Source of the DNA: Candidatus Hermodarchaeota archaeon
Lineage (GTDB): Archaea; Asgardarchaeota; Lokiarchaeia; Sigyniarchaeales; SOKP01
Length of the DNA stretch: 33,824 nt
Direction of reading: 5' to 3'
NCBI GenBank assembly: GCA_048885535.1
Contig: JBHLLO010000031.1
Coordinates: forward strand, 1-33,824
Shown here: positions 26,177-33,824 of the stretch, in pieces
Layout of the letters: each line of letters begins with the position of its first letter
How positions within the stretch are numbered: the stretch's first letter is position 1
The notes under the pieces: model-generated
Told to the model about the DNA's origin: nothing
Databases searched by the model: none
What the model saw: only the letters and a program-made list of their open reading frames with translations
Position numbers and translations under genes: made by a program

Positions 26177-26869
26177 CTATATGTTTAATAATGAAGTATC
26201 AAGGATATCTTCATCTAAAGGTGCCTTTCCATTTCCATAAATTTGATATAAAGCAGTTCTTCTAGCACATTCATGGAAACTACGGTATATATCCTTCTGT
26301 TGATCGTATAAGGCACAGGTTTCATAGATGATAGGATTCCACCGATTTAAACTATTATTCAATTCATACCATAGTTTCTCATTTTTTAAAACTTGGATGA
26401 ATACATCTTTATCTACAACCTCTTTAAGATCCTGTTTATTAAGCATAACAATAAATGGGATTTCTTTTATAAGTTTATCATCAACTATACTTTTCAATTC
26501 TCTAAGTGATTCTATATTATCTTCAAGATACTTCGTTTGAGAGTCTGCTACAAAAATGACCGCATCAGTTTTATCTTCTGGACGATTAAATAATTTTATT
26601 CTAAGAGGAGAAAAACTAGTTTGACCTGCAACAGTAAAAACTCGATAGTATACTTTTTTCTGCTTTGTAGATTGAAATAAACCTCTATCAAAATATAGAG
26701 TTGCTCCACTTTCCCTAGCTATTATTTGTAGATTTCCAATTGGGATAATATCTTTCTTTGTCTCTTTTGTTAATTTATAAAGAGTCTGAAGTATCGTTGT
26801 TTTACCTGAACCTGCCATTCCCCAATAAACAACTTTTAAACAGACCTTCCCATTTTTATAAAGAACCAT
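26177..26869 (-). CDS. Small Ras-superfamily GTPase, MglA-like
   Basis: KVVYWGMAGSGKTT (G1), TLYFD (G2), TVAGQ (MglA-type G3), NKQD (G4), TCA (G5). Confidence 0.88.
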   Translation of the reverse strand: MVLYKNGKVCLKVVYWGMAGSGKTTILQTLYKLTKETKKDIIPIGNLQIIARESGATLYFDRGLFQSTKQKKVYYRVFTVAGQTSFSPLRIKLFNRPEDKTDAVIFVADSQTKYLEDNIESLRELKSIVDDKLIKEIPFIVMLNKQDLKEVVDKDVFIQVLKNEKLWYELNNSLNRWNPIIYETCALYDQQKDIYRSFHECARRTALYQIYGNGKAPLDEDILDTSLLNI

Positions 26870-27155
26870 AATAGAATCTCCGGGTTTTGATGATATCGCC
26901 TTAGTTTTTGGGAGTATAATAGGTATTTATTATAATAATGTTAGTAAAAAAAAATTCTTAAATAATAAATATTTTCTTTTTTATCAATTTTTAGAGTGGA
27001 TATTAACCAATTTAATAAATCAATTTATTAGCTTTTGAAATGAAATATTATTAACTTACTTGATTACAATTCTTAATCAAATAATTTTTTTATTATGAAT
27101 TATGATTAACCCTTAGATATAGAAATACAAAATTAAAAAGAATCTTACTTATATC

Positions 27156-27668
27156 ATGGATGAATATTCAGATTCTGAATGGAATTGGGACCTCTACAAA
27201 GAACTTGCAGAGGATGTAGAAGAAAACAAAAATATTATCCAATGTATTGAGTGTGGACGTTGTGTAGGGGATTGTCCAGCTGCAAAGGTTTCCGCTTTCA
27301 ACATTAGAAAGATTATCCAGAAGGTTTTACGTGGAGATAAAAGTGTCCTTAAAGATTCTGATATTTGGCATTGCTATTTATGTGAGAGATGTCGGAGGGT
27401 GTGTCCGAGGGAAGGAATTAACGTACCAATGTTAATTATAAATCTTAGGAATGAGTCCTTTAAGAAAGGCTTTGGTCCTAAATATAATGATCTGAGAAAA
27501 TATGTTGAGATGGCAGAGAGATTCCTTACAAGTGGGGTTGTTCTAGAGGAACCGTTAGGAGAAAGTTTACCAAAACATAGAATCGAAGAGTTAAATGAAA
27601 TTTGTAATTTTGCTCGAATAAAGTATGTATTTAAAGCAAGTAAAAACAGAAAAAAAAAGAAAAAGTAA
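27156..27668 (+). CDS. hdrC: Heterodisulfide reductase subunit C-like 2[4Fe-4S] protein
   Basis: CIECGRCVGDCP and IWHCYLCERCRRVCP, adjacent to a CCG-domain gene. Confidence 0.85.
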   Translation: MDEYSDSEWNWDLYKELAEDVEENKNIIQCIECGRCVGDCPAAKVSAFNIRKIIQKVLRGDKSVLKDSDIWHCYLCERCRRVCPREGINVPMLIINLRNESFKKGFGPKYNDLRKYVEMAERFLTSGVVLEEPLGESLPKHRIEELNEICNFARIKYVFKASKNRKKKKK

Positions 27669-27674
27669 AAAGAA

Positions 27675-28700
27675 TTGATTATTTTTATGGAAGCATACGA
27701 TCTCGTACTTAATGTTGAAGAAATTGAAAGAAACTTTCCTGATAACACTTTAGATTTCTTTAAAGGGAAAAAATTATGTCTATTTAAAGCATGTTTAGAA
27801 AAATATTTCCCAGGCGTCAGGTGGGGTATTCAAGATCTATTAGAGTATCTTCAATTAGATGTGTCAACATGTGAGTACCAATCCTGTTGTTCTGGAACGT
27901 TCTTTCAAAGGAATTTAATCACGAGAGCCCAATTTGCAGCTATAAATGAGAGGAATTTAAATGAGATTAATCAGTATGCGGATATATTACTTTTTTCATG
28001 TAACGGGTGCTATAACTCTCTATTAAGAGGGCGAGAATTTTTAAAATCACCTCAAGTAAGGACAAAAACCCAAGAAATTTTAGATCGATTGAAGAACAAT
28101 TCAAAGGGTGAAAATTATCCTGGTAAATTTGACATTTTAGAAAAGCCAAAAGTAAAATTTATCCACGATTTAGATTTTATCTATTTAATTAAAAATGACA
28201 TAATTAATTCTTTAAAATTCAATTTAAATGGGCTTAATGTTGCAATTCATTATGGGTGTCATTACTTAAACTTATCACGTGATAAAAGAACGTTTAATTA
28301 TTATTTAAAGGACAAAACTAAATTGGAAGAATTAATTAACCTTTTTGGGGGATATCCTGTTGATTACCAAGAAAGAGAGGCTTGTTGTGGCTGGGGGGCC
28401 TCACAACTAATAATTAATCCTCGAGAAGCATTAAAAATAACTGCAAATAAGCTGAAAAGTGCTCAAAATGTTGGAGCTGATTTTATTGTAATGCCATGTC
28501 CCACTTGTTTATACACATTAAGTAAACCAGAATATAGAGTTAAAATGAGTAAATGGTTTAATGAGAATTTAGATATCCCTACTATTCATATAAATGAATT
28601 AATCGCGATTTTGCGAGGGTGCGAAGAAGAACGATGTATTACATTGCGAAGAAAAACACCCCGCATTAAAGAAATATTTAATATCATAACTCAGGAATAA
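27675..28700 (+). CDS. hdrB: Heterodisulfide reductase subunit B-like (two CCG domains)
   Basis: LFKAC, SCCSG, CNGC, VAIHYGCH, CCGWG, PCPTC. Start is TTG 27675 or ATG 27687. Confidence 0.85.
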   Translation: MIIFMEAYDLVLNVEEIERNFPDNTLDFFKGKKLCLFKACLEKYFPGVRWGIQDLLEYLQLDVSTCEYQSCCSGTFFQRNLITRAQFAAINERNLNEINQYADILLFSCNGCYNSLLRGREFLKSPQVRTKTQEILDRLKNNSKGENYPGKFDILEKPKVKFIHDLDFIYLIKNDIINSLKFNLNGLNVAIHYGCHYLNLSRDKRTFNYYLKDKTKLEELINLFGGYPVDYQEREACCGWGASQLIINPREALKITANKLKSAQNVGADFIVMPCPTCLYTLSKPEYRVKMSKWFNENLDIPTIHINELIAILRGCEEERCITLRRKTPRIKEIFNIITQE

Positions 28701-28727
28701 GTTTATAAGCTTATCAACATATTTTTA

Positions 28728-28753
28728 AAAAAGTGGAGGAACCCCCACTTTTT
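28728..28753 (+). terminator. Hairpin with A/T tails downstream of hdrB, probable terminator
   Basis: AAAAAGTGG-8 nt-CCACTTTTT inverted repeat, 27 nt after the stop codon. Confidence 0.5.
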
Positions 28754-29022
28754 CTAATTTTTAAATAGAGTAAATTTGAAAAAACAAATTGGCTAATTTA
28801 AGATAGTCTTCATATATATAAACCTTTACTTTAAAAATATTGTATTCTTATACATAAAAACTGGATTGTTTAATCTTGAGCACAAGCTTCTTCACAAATT
28901 ATTCCTACTAACGTTGATTTGTTTACTCAATTTAAGAGTTGTAAATGATTTTTACCCAAAAGTAAAATGCTTTTTTACCACAGAAACTAAATTAAATATC
29001 ACACAAATTCTTTAAGATAAGT

Positions 29023-29080
29023 TGGGATGTATCTCCCATTTTTCCCACTTTTCCTAGGAAATAGTAAATTTTATATATTA
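29023..29080 (+). promoter_or_regulatory. Palindromic operator-like sites and TATA box upstream of the peptidase gene
   Basis: TGGGA-6-TCCCA (29023-29038), perfect palindrome TTTCCTAGGAAA (29050-29061), then TTATATAT at 29071. Confidence 0.45.
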
Positions 29081-29253
29081 AAATGTAGTTTATTATTAAA
29101 TATTGCCAAGATTTATCTTACGATGAATTTTAGCAGTATAAAAATGTTTTAGAGTGGTATACCACGAAAAAAACATTCTAAATCTTAGAGAAATCTAAAA
29201 AAATCTAACAACAAAGTTAAAATAAATAAAAAACAAATTGGCGAAAATTAATT

Positions 29254-31389
29254 ATGAGAAAAATGAAAAAAGCTCCGTTACTAATCCTCTTCTTAATGGT
29301 TTCCTCGTTTGCAATAGGATTCTTAGGTTTTGTCGTTCTTACATCCAGCGCACCTACTCCTTTTGATACAGAAGCCATCGATCTTGGTTACAAAATAAGA
29401 GAGGCTCGTTATGAATTAGACACTAATTTAGAAGCAATTCCAGTAGGAAAAAATCTTCCAAAATCATCTCCTAGCCCTTACTATAGTGTTGGAGATTATC
29501 TTCCTTGGGTTGGTTTAAATGATTATTTGGGATATTATTACCTAACTTGGTTTCAGTTAAGAGCAATCGGTGATATAGCTGAAGTTTGGGTTGCTGCCAA
29601 TCTGTCTTATCCAAGAACTGATCCTAGAAATGATCCTTGGTATACAGAAGAAGGTCGTTATTATTATCCTGAAGTGACTGATGAGATTGTTCTCTATCTA
29701 TTAGATGAATTTGAGAACAATATTATACCTACTTTACATGGTGTGTATGGAGAAGCAGATTATCATGATGGAAGCTATGCTGGATTACCATATGATTATT
29801 ATGAAGAAACAGGTAGAAGCGTCATTCTTGTTTCTAACATTCGAGATACTGCTTACTATAATGATTGGTATCCTTATTTCATAGCTGGATTCTTCTCAAG
29901 CAGTATTGAAGGGTGGACGGATAGAAATGTTATTTCCATTGATTCTCATCAATGGTATAGAAGAACCGGTCCTTTAGGTACACAATGGTGGTCTGAAGAA
30001 CGTGCGCAATATGATCCTCCTGTTGATCGTGCACACATGTATGAGACTCTTATTGCCCATGAATATCAACATTTACTTCACCGTGATTACAATCCAACTG
30101 ATCCCAGCTTTATGAATGAGGCTTGTTCAATGTTTGCTGAAACTCTTTGCGGTTATCCATGGGAAACCGGTGATATTGAAAGCTACTTAGCCACACCTGA
30201 TAATTCTTTAATAGAATGGGGTGATCAAGGGGATATTAACATCTTAGCGGACTATGGTGCTTCTTTCTTATGGGCTCTTTACTTAACTGACCACTTTGGA
30301 GGTTCTGACTTTATGGGTCATTTTGTTCAAGCAGGAATTCCAGGAATAGAAGGGATAAATGCGGCATTAGCCCACTTTAATATTCAAATGGATTTCGATG
30401 ATGTTTACCACGATTGGAGAATTGCGAATTTGATTCATTCGGATGTACCCGGTGGTGGAAGATATAATTATCAATCCGTAGATTTAGGTGCTTTGACACA
30501 ACAAGCATATGTCAATTGGGCTGATGGGGAAGAACGTGGAACTGATTTTGGAAATACAATCACTATTCTTGGTTATGATACGCTAGAATCAAGGATTCGC
30601 ACATATGGCACAGACTACATTGGTTTTGACGATCTACGTAAATTGAGTTTATTCTTGTTCAATGGAGATGATTTAGCCACTTTTGTAGAAGCTGGTTGGG
30701 AATATGTCGATCCATGGTGGTATTCTGGAACAGGAGATCTTTTAAATACATTAATTGCCACTGAAGTGTATGTTGATCCTGGCAATCCTACTTTAGAATT
30801 AACAACCTATTGGGACATTGAAGATTTCTGGGATTTCGGATTTGTACAGGTTGCTGTTGATGGTGTAGGTGCTTGGGAATCTGAATGGACCTCATTGGCA
30901 AATGAATATACTACGATAGATCATGATCCAGCTGCTCATCCAAATATAGTTGATAACTTACCAGGACTTACAAGCTGGAGTGGATTCTTAGATCCTGATG
31001 GCTGGATTACCATGACTTTTGATCTATCTGCTTGGGCAGGTCAAAACATTCATCTTGGCTTCCGTTATATGACTGATTGGGCGTTTACCTATGAAGGTTG
31101 GTACCTTGAGAACGTTATGGTAAGTGGAGTAGAATATATTGGTTCATTAGAAGTACTATGGCCAACAATTCCTCTAAGTTTCATGGTTACTATAGTGGAA
31201 GAAAGAACTTTACCAAATGGCAAAGTCTATTATCACATTGATGATATGCGTATTTGGGGCGGATGTAATTTTGGTATTGATCTTGCTGTTATTTCTAAAA
31301 AAGAAGTAGCCTACTTAGTAGTAACTCCAATTATGGAGTCGGGTTTTGCAGATTACTGGTTTAAAGTTTATAGTCATAAATGGTGCTAA
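29254..31389 (+). CDS. Secreted zinc metallopeptidase (M30/immune inhibitor A-like) with C-terminal beta-sandwich domain
   Basis: Signal peptide MRKMKK plus hydrophobic core, AHEYQH..FMNEA. InhA-type WDIEDFWDFGFVQV, FDLSAWAG, FRYMTD..GWY. Confidence 0.85.
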   Translation: MRKMKKAPLLILFLMVSSFAIGFLGFVVLTSSAPTPFDTEAIDLGYKIREARYELDTNLEAIPVGKNLPKSSPSPYYSVGDYLPWVGLNDYLGYYYLTWFQLRAIGDIAEVWVAANLSYPRTDPRNDPWYTEEGRYYYPEVTDEIVLYLLDEFENNIIPTLHGVYGEADYHDGSYAGLPYDYYEETGRSVILVSNIRDTAYYNDWYPYFIAGFFSSSIEGWTDRNVISIDSHQWYRRTGPLGTQWWSEERAQYDPPVDRAHMYETLIAHEYQHLLHRDYNPTDPSFMNEACSMFAETLCGYPWETGDIESYLATPDNSLIEWGDQGDINILADYGASFLWALYLTDHFGGSDFMGHFVQAGIPGIEGINAALAHFNIQMDFDDVYHDWRIANLIHSDVPGGGRYNYQSVDLGALTQQAYVNWADGEERGTDFGNTITILGYDTLESRIRTYGTDYIGFDDLRKLSLFLFNGDDLATFVEAGWEYVDPWWYSGTGDLLNTLIATEVYVDPGNPTLELTTYWDIEDFWDFGFVQVAVDGVGAWESEWTSLANEYTTIDHDPAAHPNIVDNLPGLTSWSGFLDPDGWITMTFDLSAWAGQNIHLGFRYMTDWAFTYEGWYLENVMVSGVEYIGSLEVLWPTIPLSFMVTIVEERTLPNGKVYYHIDDMRIWGGCNFGIDLAVISKKEVAYLVVTPIMESGFADYWFKVYSHKWC

Positions 31390-31508
31390 ATAAATTATAA
31401 ATAAACTTACTTTTTTTTTTAATTTCTTATCTTTTCAACATCAGAATTAATAAAGTTTAGTAGATTATTTTTTATATTTTAAATCTTCCATTTAATCCTC
31501 GAGTTTCT

Positions 31509-32423
31509 ATGAATATTAGTATAGGGAATAAAAAATCTTATAAAGAAATTTTAGCTATTATTCTTCTTGTTTTAACGACTATATTATGGGGTACTACCTT
31601 TATAATTACTAAAACACTTACCCAAGAGATTCCAATATTTTTATATCTTGGCGTAAGATATCTATTTGGAACAATTGGTTTTATTCCCTTATTTTTTCAT
31701 TTTAAATTTATAAATAAAAAGATAATTTTTTTAGGAACTACAACTGGTTTTATTTATTTTCTTTCAATGGTATTTCAAACGTATGGTCTTCAAACCACAA
31801 CACCGGGTAAAGCAGGTTTCATTACAGGGCTCAGTACAGTTATAGTTCCTTTTTTAGCATGGTTTATATCTAAAAAGCGAGTGAATTTTAGAATTTGGAT
31901 TGCGGTAATCTTATCTGTAGGAGGTATGGCACTTTTATTATTAGAGAATGAATCGGGAATGATAGTTGGAGATTTACTTGTCTTAGGTTGTGCTTTTTTT
32001 TGTGCGTTTTTCATTATATTTAATGATAGAAATGTTCAAATTGTTGATGTATATCTCTATACTATTTTACAATTAATTACCTTAGCAGTATTATGTTTTT
32101 CTTCATCGTTAATAATTGGGGAGTCTTATAATTTATTTTCAAACCAATTAGATTTCTGGTTTATAATGTTTTATATGGGATTTGGAACGACTAGTTTGAC
32201 TTTCATTTTTCAAAATTGGAGTCAAAAGTATCAAGGACCTTCTCAAACAGCTATTATTTTTACTCTTGAACCTGTATTTGCTGCTTTGTTTGGATTTTTA
32301 CTTGGAAATTATGTACTTACTGTTTTTAATTGGATAGGAATGAGTTTAATTTTTGGAGCAATTCTTATTGCAGCAATTAAAAGAAATCATCAGAAAGAAA
32401 TGGAACAAAATATATTAGAGTAA
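31509..32423 (+). CDS. DMT/EamA family transporter
   Basis: ILWGTTF, GLQTTTPGKAGFITGL, GDLLVLGCA, AIIFTLEPVFAALFG, 10 TM pattern. Confidence 0.92.
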   Translation: MNISIGNKKSYKEILAIILLVLTTILWGTTFIITKTLTQEIPIFLYLGVRYLFGTIGFIPLFFHFKFINKKIIFLGTTTGFIYFLSMVFQTYGLQTTTPGKAGFITGLSTVIVPFLAWFISKKRVNFRIWIAVILSVGGMALLLLENESGMIVGDLLVLGCAFFCAFFIIFNDRNVQIVDVYLYTILQLITLAVLCFSSSLIIGESYNLFSNQLDFWFIMFYMGFGTTSLTFIFQNWSQKYQGPSQTAIIFTLEPVFAALFGFLLGNYVLTVFNWIGMSLIFGAILIAAIKRNHQKEMEQNILE

Positions 32424-32659
32424 TCAAAATTAAGAAAAGAGATAGTCAGAACCATAACTATGAGTTTTTCAAGGAATTATAAGGATTAGCTAATATAAAT
32501 CTATCAACTCACTTCTTCTGACTTAAATTTATTAATGTTTAACCTATGTAATAAACATCAAATAAGTGTTAATATTTATTGACACTTTTTCATATAAGAA
32601 TATATTAAGATTTTAAGTAGCTTTCAATCATATCTTAATTTATAATAGTATTAACCACA

Positions 32660-32815
32660 ATGCAAAAAATAAAGGCAAAAGGATTGCATATCTGTAAAAA
32701 ATGTGGGAACGTAATGGTCACCAGGATCGTTAAGAGAGGCGTTAATCCTAAGAATGAAGAGCTAGAGAAGATCCTTCAATGCATTGTGTGCAGACACTGG
32801 AAAGAAATTAGATAA
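32660..32815 (+). CDS. 51-aa zinc-ribbon microprotein (not in ORF track)
   Basis: MQKIKAKGLHICKKCGNVMVTRIVKRGVNPKNEELEKILQCIVCRHWKEIR with CxxCG and CxxC. GC is visibly higher than the flanks. Confidence 0.7.
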   Translation: MQKIKAKGLHICKKCGNVMVTRIVKRGVNPKNEELEKILQCIVCRHWKEIR

Positions 32816-33519
32816 ATTTAAAACTAAATTTCATATATAATAAAATTGAAAGTTTAAACTTCCAAACAATTTTAGTGAAATTCTCTAGTTTAGACTCTAT
32901 TAATCTTCTTATAAGATCCCTTTTTAATCTTAATCTAAGACTAGAGTAAAAGAGAAAGAAGGGAACGATCGTTCGAGCAAAAAACAAAATCAGGGAGAGA
33001 ATTAAACTCTAAGAGTTTAATAGAGGGCGAAATCCAATGTTAGCTCAAATTATCGTGTTAAATTTCCCTTCCCAATGACTAATGTGATTTCATCTTTAAA
33101 AACTCATGTATTATAAAATATTATAGTCCTAATATTATAACTATAAGGCATAAATTGTTCAATTTAATAATTATCTTTTTAATGTAAAAGATATTTAACA
33201 CTTGTAAGTCGGAAAACATGGACTAAAGCTAACTAACTAAATTCCCTCAAAATAAATACTACTAACCTACATAATAATATAAGTTAAAAATTTTATAATA
33301 GAGAAAAATAAAATTATTCTAGAAAACTTTTAAAGCGCTTATAAACTTATAAGTTTTCAAATCTAGTCCTCAAGTACACATTTTTACAAAAGCTCCTTGA
33401 AATTTAAGTAAATTTCATAGCTTTTATTTTGTGTCAAAAAGAAACTCAATTTACATAAAAACAATGCATTTTTTGAATGCAAAACATAAAAAAGTATGAA
33501 AAAAGTAGAGATGTAAAAA

Positions 33520-33824
33520 ATGAGAAAAAAATCAATGATCGTTTTGCTAGCAAGCCTAATGCTTTTAAACATTGGTGCATTTGGACTACTTTTTATACCT
33601 GCCACAGGGAGTAAAATAATCGAATTTCCTGAATATCAACCAATTGATATTGGTTATGATATAAGAAACTCTGATTTACCTTTAAAAATGAGTGATTTAT
33701 TTTTGGAAAATTCTTTCAGCACTGCTGCTACTGAAGCTGATATTGGAACTCAAAGGCTATATGTTTCAATTAACTATTATTATGGCTATTACTTTACGAC
33801 TTGGATGGAATTAATGGCGGTAGG
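33520..33824 (+). CDS. 5' part of a second secreted InhA/M30-like peptidase paralogue (runs off the window end; not in ORF track)
   Basis: Open from ATG 33520: MRKKSMIVLLASLMLLNIGAFGLLFIPA. PIDIGYDIR and VSINYYYGYYFTTWMELMAV align with AIDLGYKIR and VGLNDYLGYYYLTWFQLRAI of 29254..31389. Confidence 0.8.
   Translation, partial: MRKKSMIVLLASLMLLNIGAFGLLFIPATGSKIIEFPEYQPIDIGYDIRNSDLPLKMSDLFLENSFSTAATEADIGTQRLYVSINYYYGYYFTTWMELMAV

Noticed and set aside
27642-27668. A-rich run at the end of hdrC as a frameshift joining hdrC and hdrB
   Set aside because: Both ORFs have complete motif sets and their own stop and start codons. A-runs are common throughout this AT-rich window.
27156-28700. Evidence for methanogenesis
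   Set aside because: HdrBC-like proteins occur in many non-methanogens, and no mcr/mtr genes are in the window.
29100-29180. Leader hairpin as a SECIS element
   Set aside because: No adjacent gene has an in-frame TGA at a Cys-equivalent position, and the stem does not clearly match a SECIS core.
537-33605. Short antisense or overlapping track ORFs (537..839, 2361..2558, 5981..6271, 7212..7424, 8215..8457, 11504..11764, 13347..13547, 17802..18035, 18045..18233, 18603..18815, 23140..23355, 25411..25641, 26328..26540, 27374..27748, 27967..28149, 31790..32014, 33384..33605)
   Set aside because: They lie opposite better-supported genes, carry no motifs, and have the composition of shadow ORFs.

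Overview
Very AT-rich, gene-dense archaeal chromosomal window. The gene content (JAMM/MPN paralogues, tandem Roadblock, longin/uDENN-like protein, MglA-type small GTPase, HdrBC, SIR2-TPR, InhA-like secreted peptidases, archaeal TATA/leaderless starts) is most consistent with an Asgard archaeon, probably Lokiarchaeia; this is inferred, not verified by search. About 26 CDS are supported, three of them absent from the ORF track. No tRNA, rRNA, CRISPR array or transposase was recognised. Best candidate for an undescribed system: a cluster of three MPN/JAMM genes (2816-7620). An intact JAMM isopeptidase with a long helical tail is directly followed by a paralogue whose second Zn-binding His is replaced by Arg, giving an MPN+/MPN- pair reminiscent of eukaryotic Rpn11/Rpn8, CSN5/CSN6 and BRCC36/Abraxas. 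Other highlights: a SIR2-like domain fused to 24-25 perfectly phased 40-aa TPRs downstream of a nucleophile-less alpha/beta-hydrolase, and a longin-wHTH (NPRL2-like architecture) / multi-TM / arginine-finger-less MglA-like GTPase neighbourhood. All family calls come from motifs read by eye.
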